Source: Mobula hypostoma (lineage: Eukaryota). Taken from it: a stretch of 64,000 bases of DNA. Position 1 is the first letter of the stretch, and every line of letters starts with the position of its first letter. Below the pieces are notes generated by a model, which was not told the origin of the DNA, ran no database searches, and saw nothing but the letters and a program-made list of their open reading frames with translations. This document shows positions 1-11,056 of this stretch, piece after piece. The DNA lies in NCBI RefSeq assembly GCF_963921235.1, contig NC_086104.1:123566001-123630000 (forward strand). Direction: 5' to 3'. The position numbers were made by a program, and so were the translations under genes.

Positions 1-149
1 GGACGCTGTCTGACCTGCAGTGAATTCTGCGCGGTTACACTGGGTTCTGGAGTGATAGTGACGGAAGGATGCGACATGCTGCAGGAGGGGTAGTAAACAG
101 GGACCTCCGCACTCCGGAAGGGGCAGAATGTATCCCATGTGGTGGTTTA

Positions 150-632
150 AGTATTTGTACCTGCTTTGAGAAGGGAGAGAGCCAAAAGACAGTAAATTAT
201 AGGACGGTTAGCCTGACTTCACAGGTTAGTAAGGATATTTTATTAAGGATGAACCTAACCCTGAAGCCTGTCAGCAGGCTTTCATTAAGGGGACGTCTCA
301 CCTGACAAATCTGTTATAATTTGGGTGCCACAGTAGCGGGTGGTGAGTAATTAGGAGAATGGGAGGGAGGGAGAGAGATAGGGAGTTCACTTCCAGCGCT
401 GTCTGTAAGGAGCTTGTATGTTCTCCTTGTGACAGCATGGTTTCCTCCCACATTCCAAAGACATCTCAGCTCACAGATTGATTGGTCCTGTGATTAGGCT
501 AGCATTAAAAGTGGATAGCTGGGTGGTGCAACTCACTGTTCCGCACTGAATCTCTAAATAAGTAAATAAATTCTCTGAAGGGGGGAGCAAGCAGGTTAGA
601 CAAAGGAGAATCAGTGGATGTTATTTACTCCA
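150..632 (+). mobile_element. Degenerate CR1-clade LINE RT-region fragment, split by a SINE
   Basis: Translates to FEKGESQKTVNYRTVSLTS (CR1 'FKKG..NYRPVSLTS' motif). It resumes after the SINE with 'RLDKGESVDVIY', the pre-LDFxKAFD segment of CR1 RT. Confidence 0.75.
322..572 (+). mobile_element. V-SINE (HE1-like) nested in CR1
   Basis: tRNA-like head remnants, V-domain-like 'gtttcctcccacattccaaagac...attggtc...tg' and a TAAA-repeat tail. Confidence 0.6.
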
Positions 633-884
633 AGTGCAGTCTCAGGGATGTCCTGTACAGCTGCAACACTTTTTTTCTTTCCCTCAATGGGACACTTGAC
701 AAGCTCAGTAAAACACAGGTATATTGGACTTCACCACTTCCCGTGTGTCTGCATGAAACACGACATGTTTATTCTACTCATATAGAGCCATTGGGACGTT
801 TTCAGAAAGATGAAGTTCCTCGGTGATTTCTGTGTAAACCAATCACACAGTAGGGGCATTGGGACATTCCACTGTAGTTTTAGA

Positions 885-1412
885 CTGAACTTGGAGTACT
901 TAGTACAGTTTTGGTCACCTTGTTATAGGAAAGACGGGGTTAAACTGAAAAGCGTGCAATAAAGATTTGCAAGGATGTTGCCGGTCCTGGAGGGCCTGAT
1001 TTACAGAGGCAGCGGTGGGTGGGGCTCGGGCATGTAGATTGGTTCTCCATGCTACGTCTTCATAACTTGGAATATAGGAGCAACTTTAAGATCATTAGAG
1101 ACATACGTAGAGTGGACAGTACTGCCTTTTCCTCAGTGTAGGCGAGTCAAAGATCATTAGGCATATGTTCAGGGTGAGAGGTGAATGGCTTAAAAGAGGC
1201 AAATTTTTCACACAGAGGTTTGGTAAGTGTATGAAATGAGCTGGCGGATAAAGCGATGAAAGCAGTTATAATGCATTTAAGAACCGCTTAGATAGGACTG
1301 TGGAGGGAAGGGCCCTGGAGGGGTACACAGATAATTGGGACTAGCTGGGTGGGCACTGTGGTCAGCACGGCCTGGTTGGGCTGTGAGACCTATGCTGTAT
1401 TGTTCTATAACT
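885..1412 (+). mobile_element. CR1 LINE 3' fragment
   Basis: 'LEYxVQFWSPCYRKD'-like segment, 'ttttcacacagagg' and a typical shark CR1 3' tail. Confidence 0.75.
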
Positions 1413-1537
1413 CTGTTACTCGAGTTATACAGCAAGGAAAAAAAGGCTCCTTGGCCAAACAAGATTCCCATCCTAGCTAGCCCCATTGGCCAGTATTTGG
1501 CCCGTATCACTCTAAACATTTCCTATCCATTTACATA

Positions 1538-1660
1538 ATGTCAATAATTCCATTGTGCACTTTGTATCTGTCTGTAGAGATTGCAATTAATTGCTGTCTA
1601 TATTATTCAATGTGCATCTGAACTTTATTATTGCCAGTGGGTCTCCTTTTTTACATTCTC
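1538..1660. promoter_or_regulatory. Small unique AT-rich island, candidate enhancer/CNE
   Basis: Non-repetitive sequence between TEs. It has a 12-bp palindrome GCAATTAATTGC (1583-1594) and a SOX-like CATTGT. Confidence 0.3.
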
Positions 1661-1696
1661 AGATTTGTATCAATCTTCCCTCTCCCCATGCGAATC

Positions 1697-2352
1697 TGAA
1701 AGTCAAAGTTGAGTTCATTGTCAGAGGCACACGTCCATGTATGTGCAGGTGTAGTGAAGAACTTACTTGCAGCAGCATTGGAGACACAGCATTCACATGA
1801 AAAAATGTAAATTCTAAGCAATTATTACCAGAAAGAACACAATTAGAACAAAAAAAAAGTCCATTGTAGTGTAAAGTGGTCACAGTAGTACTGTGACACC
1901 AAGGGAGCGATTAGGGTTGTGCTGGTTGGTCAGGAAGTAGCCATCCCTGGACCTGATGGTGTGGGACTTCAGCCTTCTGTACCGACTGTGAGAAGATGGC
2001 ATGGCTCTGATGGTGGGGGTCTTTGAGGATGGACGCTGCCATGGTGAGGCAGCACCTCCTGTAGATACCATCAGTGGTGGGAAGGGATGTGCCCGCGATG
2101 TATTGGGCTGAGTTCAATACTCACTGCAGCTTCTTACATTTCTGCGCATTCCGATTGCCATAACAGACCAGATGAAACAGTCAGGGCAGTTTCAACAGGA
2201 AATCTGTAGAGAATGCTGCTGGGTGCCAGAACACAGAACCACTGGACCAGAGGGACAGCCTCTGCATTGACACATGTCAGGAGGAGGACCGAGTCTGCCT
2301 TCAACCCCACTGGGATCACAGCAGGCAGGGAGCCAAATGGCCTTCTCCTGCT
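1697..2352 (-). mobile_element. Rex1/Babar LINE 3' fragment
   Basis: The minus ORF gives 'RRCCLTMAASILKDPHHQSHAIFSQ..RYRRLKSHT', the Rex1 C-terminal motif. TTTGAC-type tail. Confidence 0.8.
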
Positions 2353-2618
2353 NNNNNNNNNNNNNNNNNNNNNNNNNNNNNNNNNNNNNNNNNNNNNNNN
2401 NNNNNNNNNNNNNNNNNNNNNNNNNNNNNNNNNNNNNNNNNNNNNNNNNNNNNNNNNNNNNNNNNNNNNNNNNNNNNNNNNNNNNNNNNNNNNNNNNNNN
2501 NNNNNNNNNNNNNNNNNNNNNNNNNNNNNNNNNNNNNNNNNNNNNNNNNNNNNNNNNNNNNNNNNNNNNNNNNNNNNNNNNNNNNNNNNNNNNNNNNNNN
2601 NNNNNNNNNNNNNNNNNN

Positions 2619-2854
2619 GTGGGTGTATGTATCCATTTGTGTGTGTGTATGTCTGTATAAGTGTATCCATGTGTGAGTTTCTGCATACAGTATGTATCAG
2701 ATCATGTATTAATTTTCGTATGTGGTTTTGTGTGTGTGTATCTGTGTGTAAGTGTGTTTATATTTGACTATATCTATGTGGGTGTATGTATCCATTTGTG
2801 TGTGTGTATCTGTGTGTTTATGTTTGAGTATATGTATGTGGGTCTATGTATCCA

Positions 2855-2890
<36 letters not shown>
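2619..2890. repeat. (TG)n-derived microsatellite/minisatellite
   Basis: Repeated GTGGGTGTATGTATCCATTTGTGTGT units plus pure (TG)n. Confidence 0.9.
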
Positions 2891-2984
2891 ACACTTTCAC
2901 TCTGGGTACCAACAATACCCCCCCCCCACCTCCCACCCCCACGTGCTTGTGGCTCTGCCGCTTGAAGCGACAGGGAGCAGTCAC

Positions 2985-3210
2985 TACAGAAATGCCTGCT
3001 CCCTGATTTATCCGCCACCCCACAGCCTTATTCAATATAAATGTGGATCTTTGCTCCTCGCCGTTTATCTGTCACTTTGCGCTTTTTTTCCAATTAATTA
3101 TTTGCGAACGTGTTTCCAATTGTGTCCATTTTCTCTGCGGTGCTGTTAATTGTCTGAGTCTTCCACAGTCTTAGTTTTATACGTGTTGTTCTTGTTAATG
3201 TCTTTAGCCC
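2985..3210. promoter_or_regulatory. Unique island, candidate conserved non-coding element
   Basis: Complex sequence between microsatellites, with TGATTTAT (PBX-HOX-like), CAATTAATTA and TGTTAATTG homeodomain-type sites. Confidence 0.4.
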
Positions 3211-3258
<48 letters not shown>

Positions 3259-3520
3259 GTGATGGTCTGGCGCTGTGTGTGTAGTGTGTGCGTGCCCGCG
3301 TCTATTGTCTGTGTGTCTCTCTTATCTGTAGGCATATTTGTGTAGTGTGTGTGTAGTGTGTGTGTATTGTGTATGTGAGTGTGTGTTTCTGCCTGTGTCT
3401 GGTGTGCGGATGTCCGTGTGTGTGCTTTGTGTCTATACGTGTCTGTCCAAGTGTGTGTGTGTGTGTGTGTGTTTAACTGTCTGTGTTTGTTGAACTGTGT
3501 ACATGTCTGTCCGTGTGTGA
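3211..3520. repeat. (TG)n low-complexity tract
   Basis: Direct inspection. Confidence 0.9.
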
Positions 3521-3599
3521 CTGCCTCACTCCCATCTCCCCGGGCCACTCACTTTTCCGCGGGACACCGTTCTGTTCTCACCCCTCTCGCCTCCTTGGG

Positions 3600-3890
3600 T
3601 TTCGCGGCAACTTAAACCCATTTTGTCTTCCCAATGTTACTGATAGAAACTGTCCCGTGTCTAAATCAATTAGAATTTAGATTACGGAGCCTCGCAGAGG
3701 TAAATATTAAACTAGGAGTGCCTTGCTAATTCAAACCATCGATCAGACGGGATGAGAGTAATAAATTATTTTGACAACATCCATTCCTTTGCAACTCGCC
3801 ACGACTCTTCCCGATCGATTCCCCTCCATTCGCTTCGCTTGGAGTCAACTGCGCGATTCGCTGCTGCCTCACTGTAACGAGATTCACAGT
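3600..3890. promoter_or_regulatory. Unique island, candidate conserved non-coding element
   Basis: AT-rich with retained CpGs. Contains ATCAAT 3665, ATCGAT 3738 and 3814, GTAAATA (FOX) and TAATT sites. Confidence 0.45.
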
Positions 3891-3899
3891 CGGGTGGTT

Positions 3900-4455
3900 G
3901 GGGTGCGGAGGGGGAGAGGGGGCAGAGGGGGCAGAGGGGGCAGTGAGGAAAAGAGAGAACGAGGCGTCGAGAGAAATATGGAGAGCGGGGGAGAACAGGG
4001 GAAGGAGGGAGAGAGCGGAAAATAGGAGAGACAGGGAGAGGAGGAGAGGGAAGAGAGCAGAGGGGAGACGGTGAGAAAAGAGGCTGAAACAGGAAGAGAG
4101 AGGTGAGGGAGATATAGAGCAGAGCAAGAAGGGTGAGTAAGTGGGAGAGGCAGAGAGAGAAAGTGGAGAAAGAGGAGGGGGAATAAATAATATGGGAGGG
4201 GTTTGAGAGCGAGCAAAAACAGCAAGGAAGAGGTGAGATGGATGGAGTGAACAATAAAGGACCAATGTGAGGGATAGAAAGTGAGGAGAGAGAGGAGAAG
4301 GGGAAAGCAGAGAGAAGTGGGATGGATAGTGAGTGGAAGAGATAGAGGAGGAGAGCAAGAGAAGGAGAGAGAGAGTGACAATAAGATAAAGAGACAAGGA
4401 AAGAGAGAAAGGAAAAGAGAAGAAGATATAAAAATAATAAAAGAGCAGGCAGAGA
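3900..4455. repeat. Polypurine GA-rich low-complexity tract
   Basis: Almost exclusively A/G on the + strand. Confidence 0.9.
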
Positions 4456-4459
4456 GATT

Positions 4460-4795
4460 ATTGGGCAGGAGGTACAGAAGACTGACGTCCCACACCACCA
4501 GGTTCAGGAACAGCTACTTCCCTTCAACCATTCGGTTCCTGAACCAACTGGCACAATTTAGCAATACTGTGACAACTGTGATCACTTTACACTAAAAGGA
4601 CTTTGTTTTTTGTTATAATTGCAATCTTTTTAATTTAAAAATTGAGTATTATTTATGTTTAATTTTTGTTTTTCTGTTGAATGCTGCTTATCTGATGTTG
4701 TGTACCTGTGATGCCATTGTAAGTAAGTTTTTCATTGCACCTGTGCACACATGGACTTGTGTACCTGCCAATGAACTTGACTTTAACATGACTTG
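4460..4795 (+). mobile_element. Rex1/Babar 3' end
   Basis: 'GRRYRRLTSHTTRFRNSYFPSTIRFLN' followed by a 3' UTR and CTTGA tail. Confidence 0.8.
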
Positions 4796-5199
4796 AGGTC
4801 AATTTTTGGGTTCCTGGGACCCAATGGAAATTGAGACATAGTGGATCAAGGGATGATTGGGATATGACAGAGCAGTCTTATTCGTCTCCTCTGTGCATTA
4901 CTGAGGAATTGATGGACTCTGCAATGTTATTTGCCCCACATCCCCTCCCTGCTCTTAGAGGGGTATAAACTACCTCAAGTCTCACTTCCCTCTTAAGGAA
5001 TAGGAGAGACCATTATTGCATCATTCTCCAATGTATCCTCCATATTGACAGAGCTGAATACAAACTTTGGGGAGTGCTTGTCTTCAGAACGCAGTGGGGT
5101 CCCTGATGTTACTCACTGCCACTCTGCGTCCCACTGTCCCCTCTGACGCTGGTCCAATGAAGCCCAACTTCACCTTGAACAACAGCACCTGAGGAGACT

Positions 5200-5785
5200 A
5201 AGGAGATTCGGTGTCCCCTATTGCTCTTGCCGATTGTCACTGATACACCAAAGGAAGCTTCCTGCCTGGATGCTTCGAGGCTTGGTGCAGCAAATGCTCT
5301 GCCTGTGACGGCAAGAAACTGCAGAGAGTAATGGACAGAGCTCGGCACGTCAAGAAAACCAGTCTCCCCTCCATTGTCTCTGGCTACACTTCTCATTGCC
5401 TCAGTAAGGCAGATAGCATAATCAACCCGGACATTCTCTCTTCTCCACGCTCCCATTGGGTGCAAGATACAAAGACCTGAAAGCACGTACCACCTGGCTG
5501 AAGGAGAGCTTCTATCTCGCTGTTATAAGATGATATTGATCAGTTCCCCTAGAATGGTAAGATCTACCTTGTCATGGCCCTTGCATATTATTGTCTGCCT
5601 GTACTGCACTCTCTCAGTAACTGTAAAACTTCATTCTGCATTCTGTTATTGCCTTTTCCTTGAACTACCTTCTACGTACAATCCCATGTTATAGTCAAAT
5701 GATCTGTATGGATGGCATGCAAAACAAAACTTTTTAACTGTACATGTGACAATAATAAGCCAATTTACAAATTTACCAATTTATT
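5200..5785 (+). mobile_element. Rex1/Babar 3' fragment
   Basis: Degenerate 'ESIL.GC...KKLQRV' region and 3' UTR ending 'acatgtgacaataataa..ccaattt'. Confidence 0.7.
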
Positions 5786-6189
5786 GTTGTGCCCAGTGCT
5801 AACTCCATCTCATTTAGGTAGCCTGCCTTTCTAGTTTTAACACCGGGAGAAGAGATTACTGGGAGGGAGATTGCCAGCAAATACCCAATGGGCCAAATGG
5901 CCTCCTTCTACTTTGCAAAATGATCTGGATGGTACCTCCAATATCAAGAGTTCTTTCTCTTGTCGTGGAGATTTTATTGAGATGCTCATGGGACAGACCC
6001 TCTCTCACCCTCTCTTGACAGGCACCATATGTTTTTGTGTCATTCAGGTTCACCTAAACCCCCACCCCTGCACAAGGCAGCCCAAGGGAGTCACAGGGTT
6101 GTATGATGCAGATACAGGCCATTCGGCCCAACTTGTCCAAGCTCACCACGGTCCCTACCTGAGCTAGTCCCATTTGCCCATGCTCACCA

Positions 6190-6945
6190 TCTTGTCAACC
6201 TGCGCTGCACTTTATCGGTATCTGTTACACTTTATTCTGTATTGTTATTGTTTTACCTTGTACTACCTCAATGCACTGTGCAATAGTCTGATCCGTACAG
6301 ACAGCGTGCAGACCAAGCTTCCTCACTGAACTTGGTACATGTGACAATAATAAACCAATTTCAGTTCCGCTGTGCTGGCTTGTGTCTACATGTGGCTGCA
6401 GACACATCAATACACCAACTCTCAACCTGCCTCCTCAGTTCCAGAGGGAATGAATTCCAAGTTCAGGAAATGCCCGTTGCCTGTACTTCTGGAGAAAAGC
6501 TATATAAGTTCAGGAGCCTCGTTCTCCACCAAACCAGCTTCCCCTCCCTGGCCTTCTCACCGCCTCATGAAAGCAGCCAGTATAATCGTAGCCCTTTCAT
6601 ACCCCAGACATTCTCTCTTCACCCCTCTTTCACTGGGCAGAAGATACAAGGTCCAAACTATTGGGCTCAAGGACAGCTTCTATTGCATGCTATAAGACTA
6701 ATGAATGGTTCCCTAGTATGATAAATAGACCCTTAACTCCACAGTCTACCTCTTTGTGGCACTTGCACATTATCTACCTGCACTGCAGTTTCTCTCTGAC
6801 TATAGAAACTTACCATGCCTCTCTTATTATTTTCCCTTGTGCCACCTCAAAGTGCTCATGTTTAAAATGAACTGTATGGATGGCATGCAAAACAATATAT
6901 AACTTGGTACATGTAACAATAATAAACCAGTTTATCAATTACCAA
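6190..6945 (+). mobile_element. Two Rex1/Babar 3' UTR fragments
   Basis: The same 3' UTR terminus 'ggtacatgtgacaataataaaccaattt' occurs at ~6335 and ~6905. Confidence 0.65.
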
Positions 6946-7032
6946 CACACCCAAAATGCTGGAGGAACTCAGCAAGTCAGACATCTATGGAGGGGAATAA
7001 ACAATTGTTGTTTCAGGTTGAGACTCTTCTAA
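6945..7032 (-). mobile_element. Penelope pseudo-LTR fragment
   Basis: 'acacacccaaaatgctggaggaactcagc..atctatgg' matches the termini of the element at 34843-36000. Confidence 0.7.
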
Positions 7033-7219
7033 GATATGGTCTCACTAGTGCTCTATATAACTTCAGTATAATCTTATTTTTAAAACAATAGCCCTCAATG
7101 GAAATATAATTTCAACAGAATTTCCTTTGCATTATTGAACCAAGTTAGTAGATTTCATAGGGGACAAAACTGAGTGGTGCAAATTCAACGTGTTTTTAAA
7201 TCCAAAATAAAGGCATCAT

Positions 7220-7985
7220 CCTAAAAATTAAACAACCCTCAACGGTAAAACAACCTGTAGGTCATACTTTAAATGCTGGAGGAACTCAGCAGGCCAGGGA
7301 GCATCTAAGGAAAAGAGTACAGTCAACTGTACTGAAATGCTGCCTGGCCTGCTGAGTTCCTCCAGCATTTTGTATGTGTTGCTTGGATTTCCAAGCATCT
7401 GCAGATTTTCTCTTGTTTGTAAGTCATACAATGTTTATTTTTAAGGTAAGCAGGCTTTAAAACCTGAAAATTTACAAGTGGCTTAAAAACAACTTCAAGG
7501 CACACGCTGACGTTTACGGGAAAGATATTATGCTTAAAATGCAATTTCAAAGTTAAGGTGCTACTTATATATCACCTGTAAGGCAGAGGCCAAACACTAT
7601 GGTAAATAAGTTTCACTAGAAGTTACAGAACCCAAAATTTTGGAAGATACTAATACACCACTACAATATATACATTGACTTTTACAGTAAAAAGATTGCA
7701 CAAAACATCTAAGATCACAAAATTTTGGAGCAACCAATATGCTACTGCAAGGCATGTACTGAATGTTATGGTAAGCAAATACACAGAGCGATGTTTTAAA
7801 TGGTATATCTAAAACATTCACCAATGCTTCATCTACAGAAGATTTTGCAATGTGCAGATTAGAAATGTATAAAGTAAAGAACTAACATCACTTTGGGGAA
7901 AGGATTTCATTTTAGCAGGATTCACTAATCTTACCAAAGAGAAAAATGACAGGTGAGAATTAAAGATGATTTGCAGATATTGGGA
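7220..7985 (-). terminator. Orphan 3'UTR-like segment with polyadenylation site
   Basis: On the minus strand: AATAAA (7439-7434), CA 16 nt downstream, and a GU-rich element (7255-7223) beyond an insertion. Also a Pumilio TGTATATA (7674-7667) and several miRNA seed matches. Confidence 0.5.
7268..7417. mobile_element. Miniature Penelope-derived hairpin insertion
   Basis: Perfect 28-bp inverted repeat 7271-7298 / 7343-7370. Flanked by an 11/12-identical TSD, TGTAGGTCATAC (7256-7267) / TGTAAGTCATAC (7418-7429). Confidence 0.85.
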
Positions 7986-7994
7986 GATCTTCCA

Positions 7995-8505
7995 CAGTGC
8001 AGTGTTCCCTTCCCACCGCCTCTCTCACAGCACTCCCTCCTCTCTTCCCCTCTTACTGTGCTCCTTCCTCACCACCCCTCTCACAGTGCTACCTCTCCAG
8101 CATTGTCATCCCACTGCCCCTCCAACAGCTCTCTCACCTCACCGCCCCTCCCGCAGCATTCCTTCCTCACTGCTCGTCCTACAGGGCTCCCTCCTCACAG
8201 CCTCTCCCACAGAAACTCCCTCCTCACCACCCTTCCCACAGCGCTCCCTTCTCGCCACTCCTCCACAGCGTTCCCTCCCACATTGCTCCTTCCTCACTGT
8301 CCCTCCAACAGCGCAACTGCCTCACTGACCCCCTGCAGTGCTCCCTCCTCACCACCTCTCCCACGGTGCTCCCTCCTCACTGCCTCTCCCACAGTGCTCT
8401 CTCCTCACCACCTCTCCCACGGTGCTCCCTCCTCACCACCTCTCCCACGGTGCTCCCTCCTCACTGCCTCTCCCACAGTGCTCCCTCCCACAGCATGGTG
8501 CTCCC
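7995..8505 (+). repeat. ~27-30 bp minisatellite (GTGCTCCCTCCTCACYRCCTCTCCCACRG-like)
   Basis: Tandem units are visible and near-perfect at 8335-8490. Confidence 0.85.
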
Positions 8506-8759
8506 TTAGTGTAGAGGGATTAAATTCTCAATATACCCCATGTCACTTCTCTCTCTGTGTGTACGTTAAGGGTTTCCTATAACACTGTCCTGAATTTCTG
8601 CTCTCTGCCCGCACCCACCCCAGGCTGTGGTTAGGATATTGCTGAGCTCCGAGCCTGTGCACCTCATCTCCTCCTCATCAGCCACTTTATTCCCAGGGAT
8701 GGAAAGAGATTTGACTCCACATAGTTTGTTTCATTTTCCTCAATCATTCCCCTCTCATT

Positions 8760-9530
8760 ACTGTCTCTCTCTCTCTGTCTCTCTCTCTTTTTCTCAGTCA
8801 TTTGCATCCTCAGCACCTTCCCTTCATCTCTTCCATTCTCCCCCCGTCTCCTTGCTTTTCTCTTTCCTCTCCCTGCCTTTCCCACCCCCACACCTTCCCA
8901 AACACACACACACACATGTGCAATCAGTCTCCCTATTCTCTCTTATTGATTGTCCCAGTCTGTGAACTGTTCCCTCTACACCTTCCATCTGTCTCTCTCT
9001 CTCTCCCTTCCTCGCTGTCTGCCATCCTGTCTCCCTACACCTCCAAACCTCTGCTTCCTTCTCTCCCCCTCTCTCTTTCTGTCTTCCTCATCCTACAGCA
9101 TCGCTCTCTGAACATCACGGAACCTCTGCCTCTCTCTCGTTGTCCCTTTCTCTGTGTCTGATCTGCTCTCGAGTCATTCATTCTGACTCTCTTTCAGTCA
9201 TTGTCCTCCACTGCCTTCTCCTGCTCTCCCTACACCTTCCCTCTGCCTCTCTAAACTTTTTTTCTCTCTCTCCACCTGTGAGCTGCCCACTCCACATTCT
9301 CCCTCTGCATCTCTCCTGGCTTTGTCTCCTTTCTACACCTTCATTCTTCCTCTCTCCCCCTCCCCCACTCTCTCTTTCTCACTCTCTCTCTCCCACTCTC
9401 ATTCTGTGTACCATTCTCTGTCGTTCTTGCTCTTCTTGTGTCCTGGCCCCTGTCTATTCTCTCACAATGAACCGACTTCAGTATTGTTGCATTATCATTC
9501 CTTCCTCTTTCCTCTTGCCTCAGTGTCCTT
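8760..9530. repeat. CT-rich low-complexity region
   Basis: Direct inspection. Confidence 0.8.
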
Positions 9531-9760
9531 TGTCACTGAAGGTTTGTCCTATACCACCCTGAAACCTCATTGATATGCCTCTGACAGATGCAGTGAACGG
9601 TTTGGAAATGAATGAAGATAGCAATGTAGAAATTTGCCATTCACAGCAAAATATGCAGAGTTCCTGACGTCAATGAGGGAGAGCATTCAGCCCATCAGAT
9701 CTATACTGACCAGCAACAACCCATTGACACCAATCTCATTTAAATCCAGTTCATTCCCAG

Positions 9761-9906
9761 AATGCTGGAGGAACTCAGCAGGCCAAGCAGCATCTATGGA
9801 AAAGAGTAAACATGACTGAATATTCTTTTCCATAGAAGCTGCCTGGCCTGCCCAGTTTTTGCGCGCGTTGCTTGGATTTCCAGCATCTGCAGATTTTCTC
9901 TCGTTT
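9761..9906. mobile_element. Second miniature Penelope-derived hairpin insertion
   Basis: Inverted arms 'cagcaggccaagcagcatctatggaaaagag' / 'ttcttttccatagaagctgcctggcctg'. Possible TSD TTCATTCCC / TTCCTTCCC. Confidence 0.75.
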
Positions 9907-10064
9907 CCCTTTTCCTTCCCGCCCACATTCCCATCAAATTCCGCCCTCACCCACACACTCAGGTGGCTGGTTAACTACCCATCCCACCTGTCTTTTTTTG
10001 GGATGTGGCAATGAACTGGAGCACCTGGGGAAGCCCACAGGTTCTCCTCTGGTCTTCACGAGTA

Positions 10065-11056
10065 CTTAGCCCACTGCTCTACACACTTTACACATGATGG
10101 TGAGGCCAGGCACAGCTCCAGAGTAATATTTAAGTTTGCTGATAACACCACTGTCGCTGGTCAAATCAAAAGTGGTGATCAATCAGCATATAGGAGGAAG
10201 ATTGAAAGAGATAATTATTGACTTCAGGAGGAGGAAAACAGAGGTCCATGAATCAGTCCTTATCGGGGAATCAGAGGTGAAGAGGGTCTGTAACTTTAAA
10301 TTACTCAGTGGTATCATTTCTGAGGAGCTATCCTGGAGCGCCCAGCACAAAAGTGCAATTACAAAAGAAAAGGGCTACTTTCTTTGAAATTTGTGAAGAT
10401 TCAGCATGGCTTCTAAAACTCAGACAAACTTCTATAGATGTGTGATGGAGCATATGATGACTGGATGTTTCCTGGTCTGGAAACATCAATGCCCCTGAAC
10501 GGAAAAGCCTACAAAAAATAATGTCCATCATAAGTAAAGCCCTTCCCACCACTGAGCAAATCTACATGGAGTACTGTCGCAGGAAAGCAGTGTTCAGCAC
10601 CAAGGGCCCCCACCAGCCAGGCCATGCTCCCTTCTCACTGCTACCATCAGGAAGAAGGTGCAGGAGCCTCAGGACCCAATCTACCAGGTTCACAAGCAGT
10701 TATTACATCTCAGCCATCAGGCTCTTGAACCAGAGGGGATAACTTCACTTAGCCCATTACTGCAATTTTCCCCAAAAACTATAAGGTCGCTTTCAAGGAC
10801 TATTCTTTGCATATTCTCGATATTTATTATTCAATTAATTATTATTATTATTATTATTTCTTTTATTTTTCTTTTGAATCTTCACAGGTTGTTGCCTTTT
10901 GCACATTGGTTGTTTACCCACCCTGTTGGGTACGGTCTTTCATTGAGTCTCTTGTGTTTCTTGGAGTTACTAAGTATGCCTGCAAGGAAATTAATCACAG
11001 GGTTGTATATGGTAATATACATGGACCTTTATAATAAATTTACTTTGTACTTTGTA
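10065..11056 (+). mobile_element. Rex1/Babar LINE, decayed RT to 3' end
   Basis: 'LSPLLYTLYTHD..KFADxTT..KEIIIDFRR..FYRCVMEHMMTG..HAPFSLLPSGRRCRSLRT' and a TACTTTG tail. Confidence 0.85.

Noticed and set aside
7271-7370. Hairpin as a miRNA precursor or DNA-transposon MITE
   Set aside because: The arms are Penelope pLTR sequence, the inverted repeat is not terminal on the right side, and the 12-bp TSD with an asymmetric tail fits retrotransposition.
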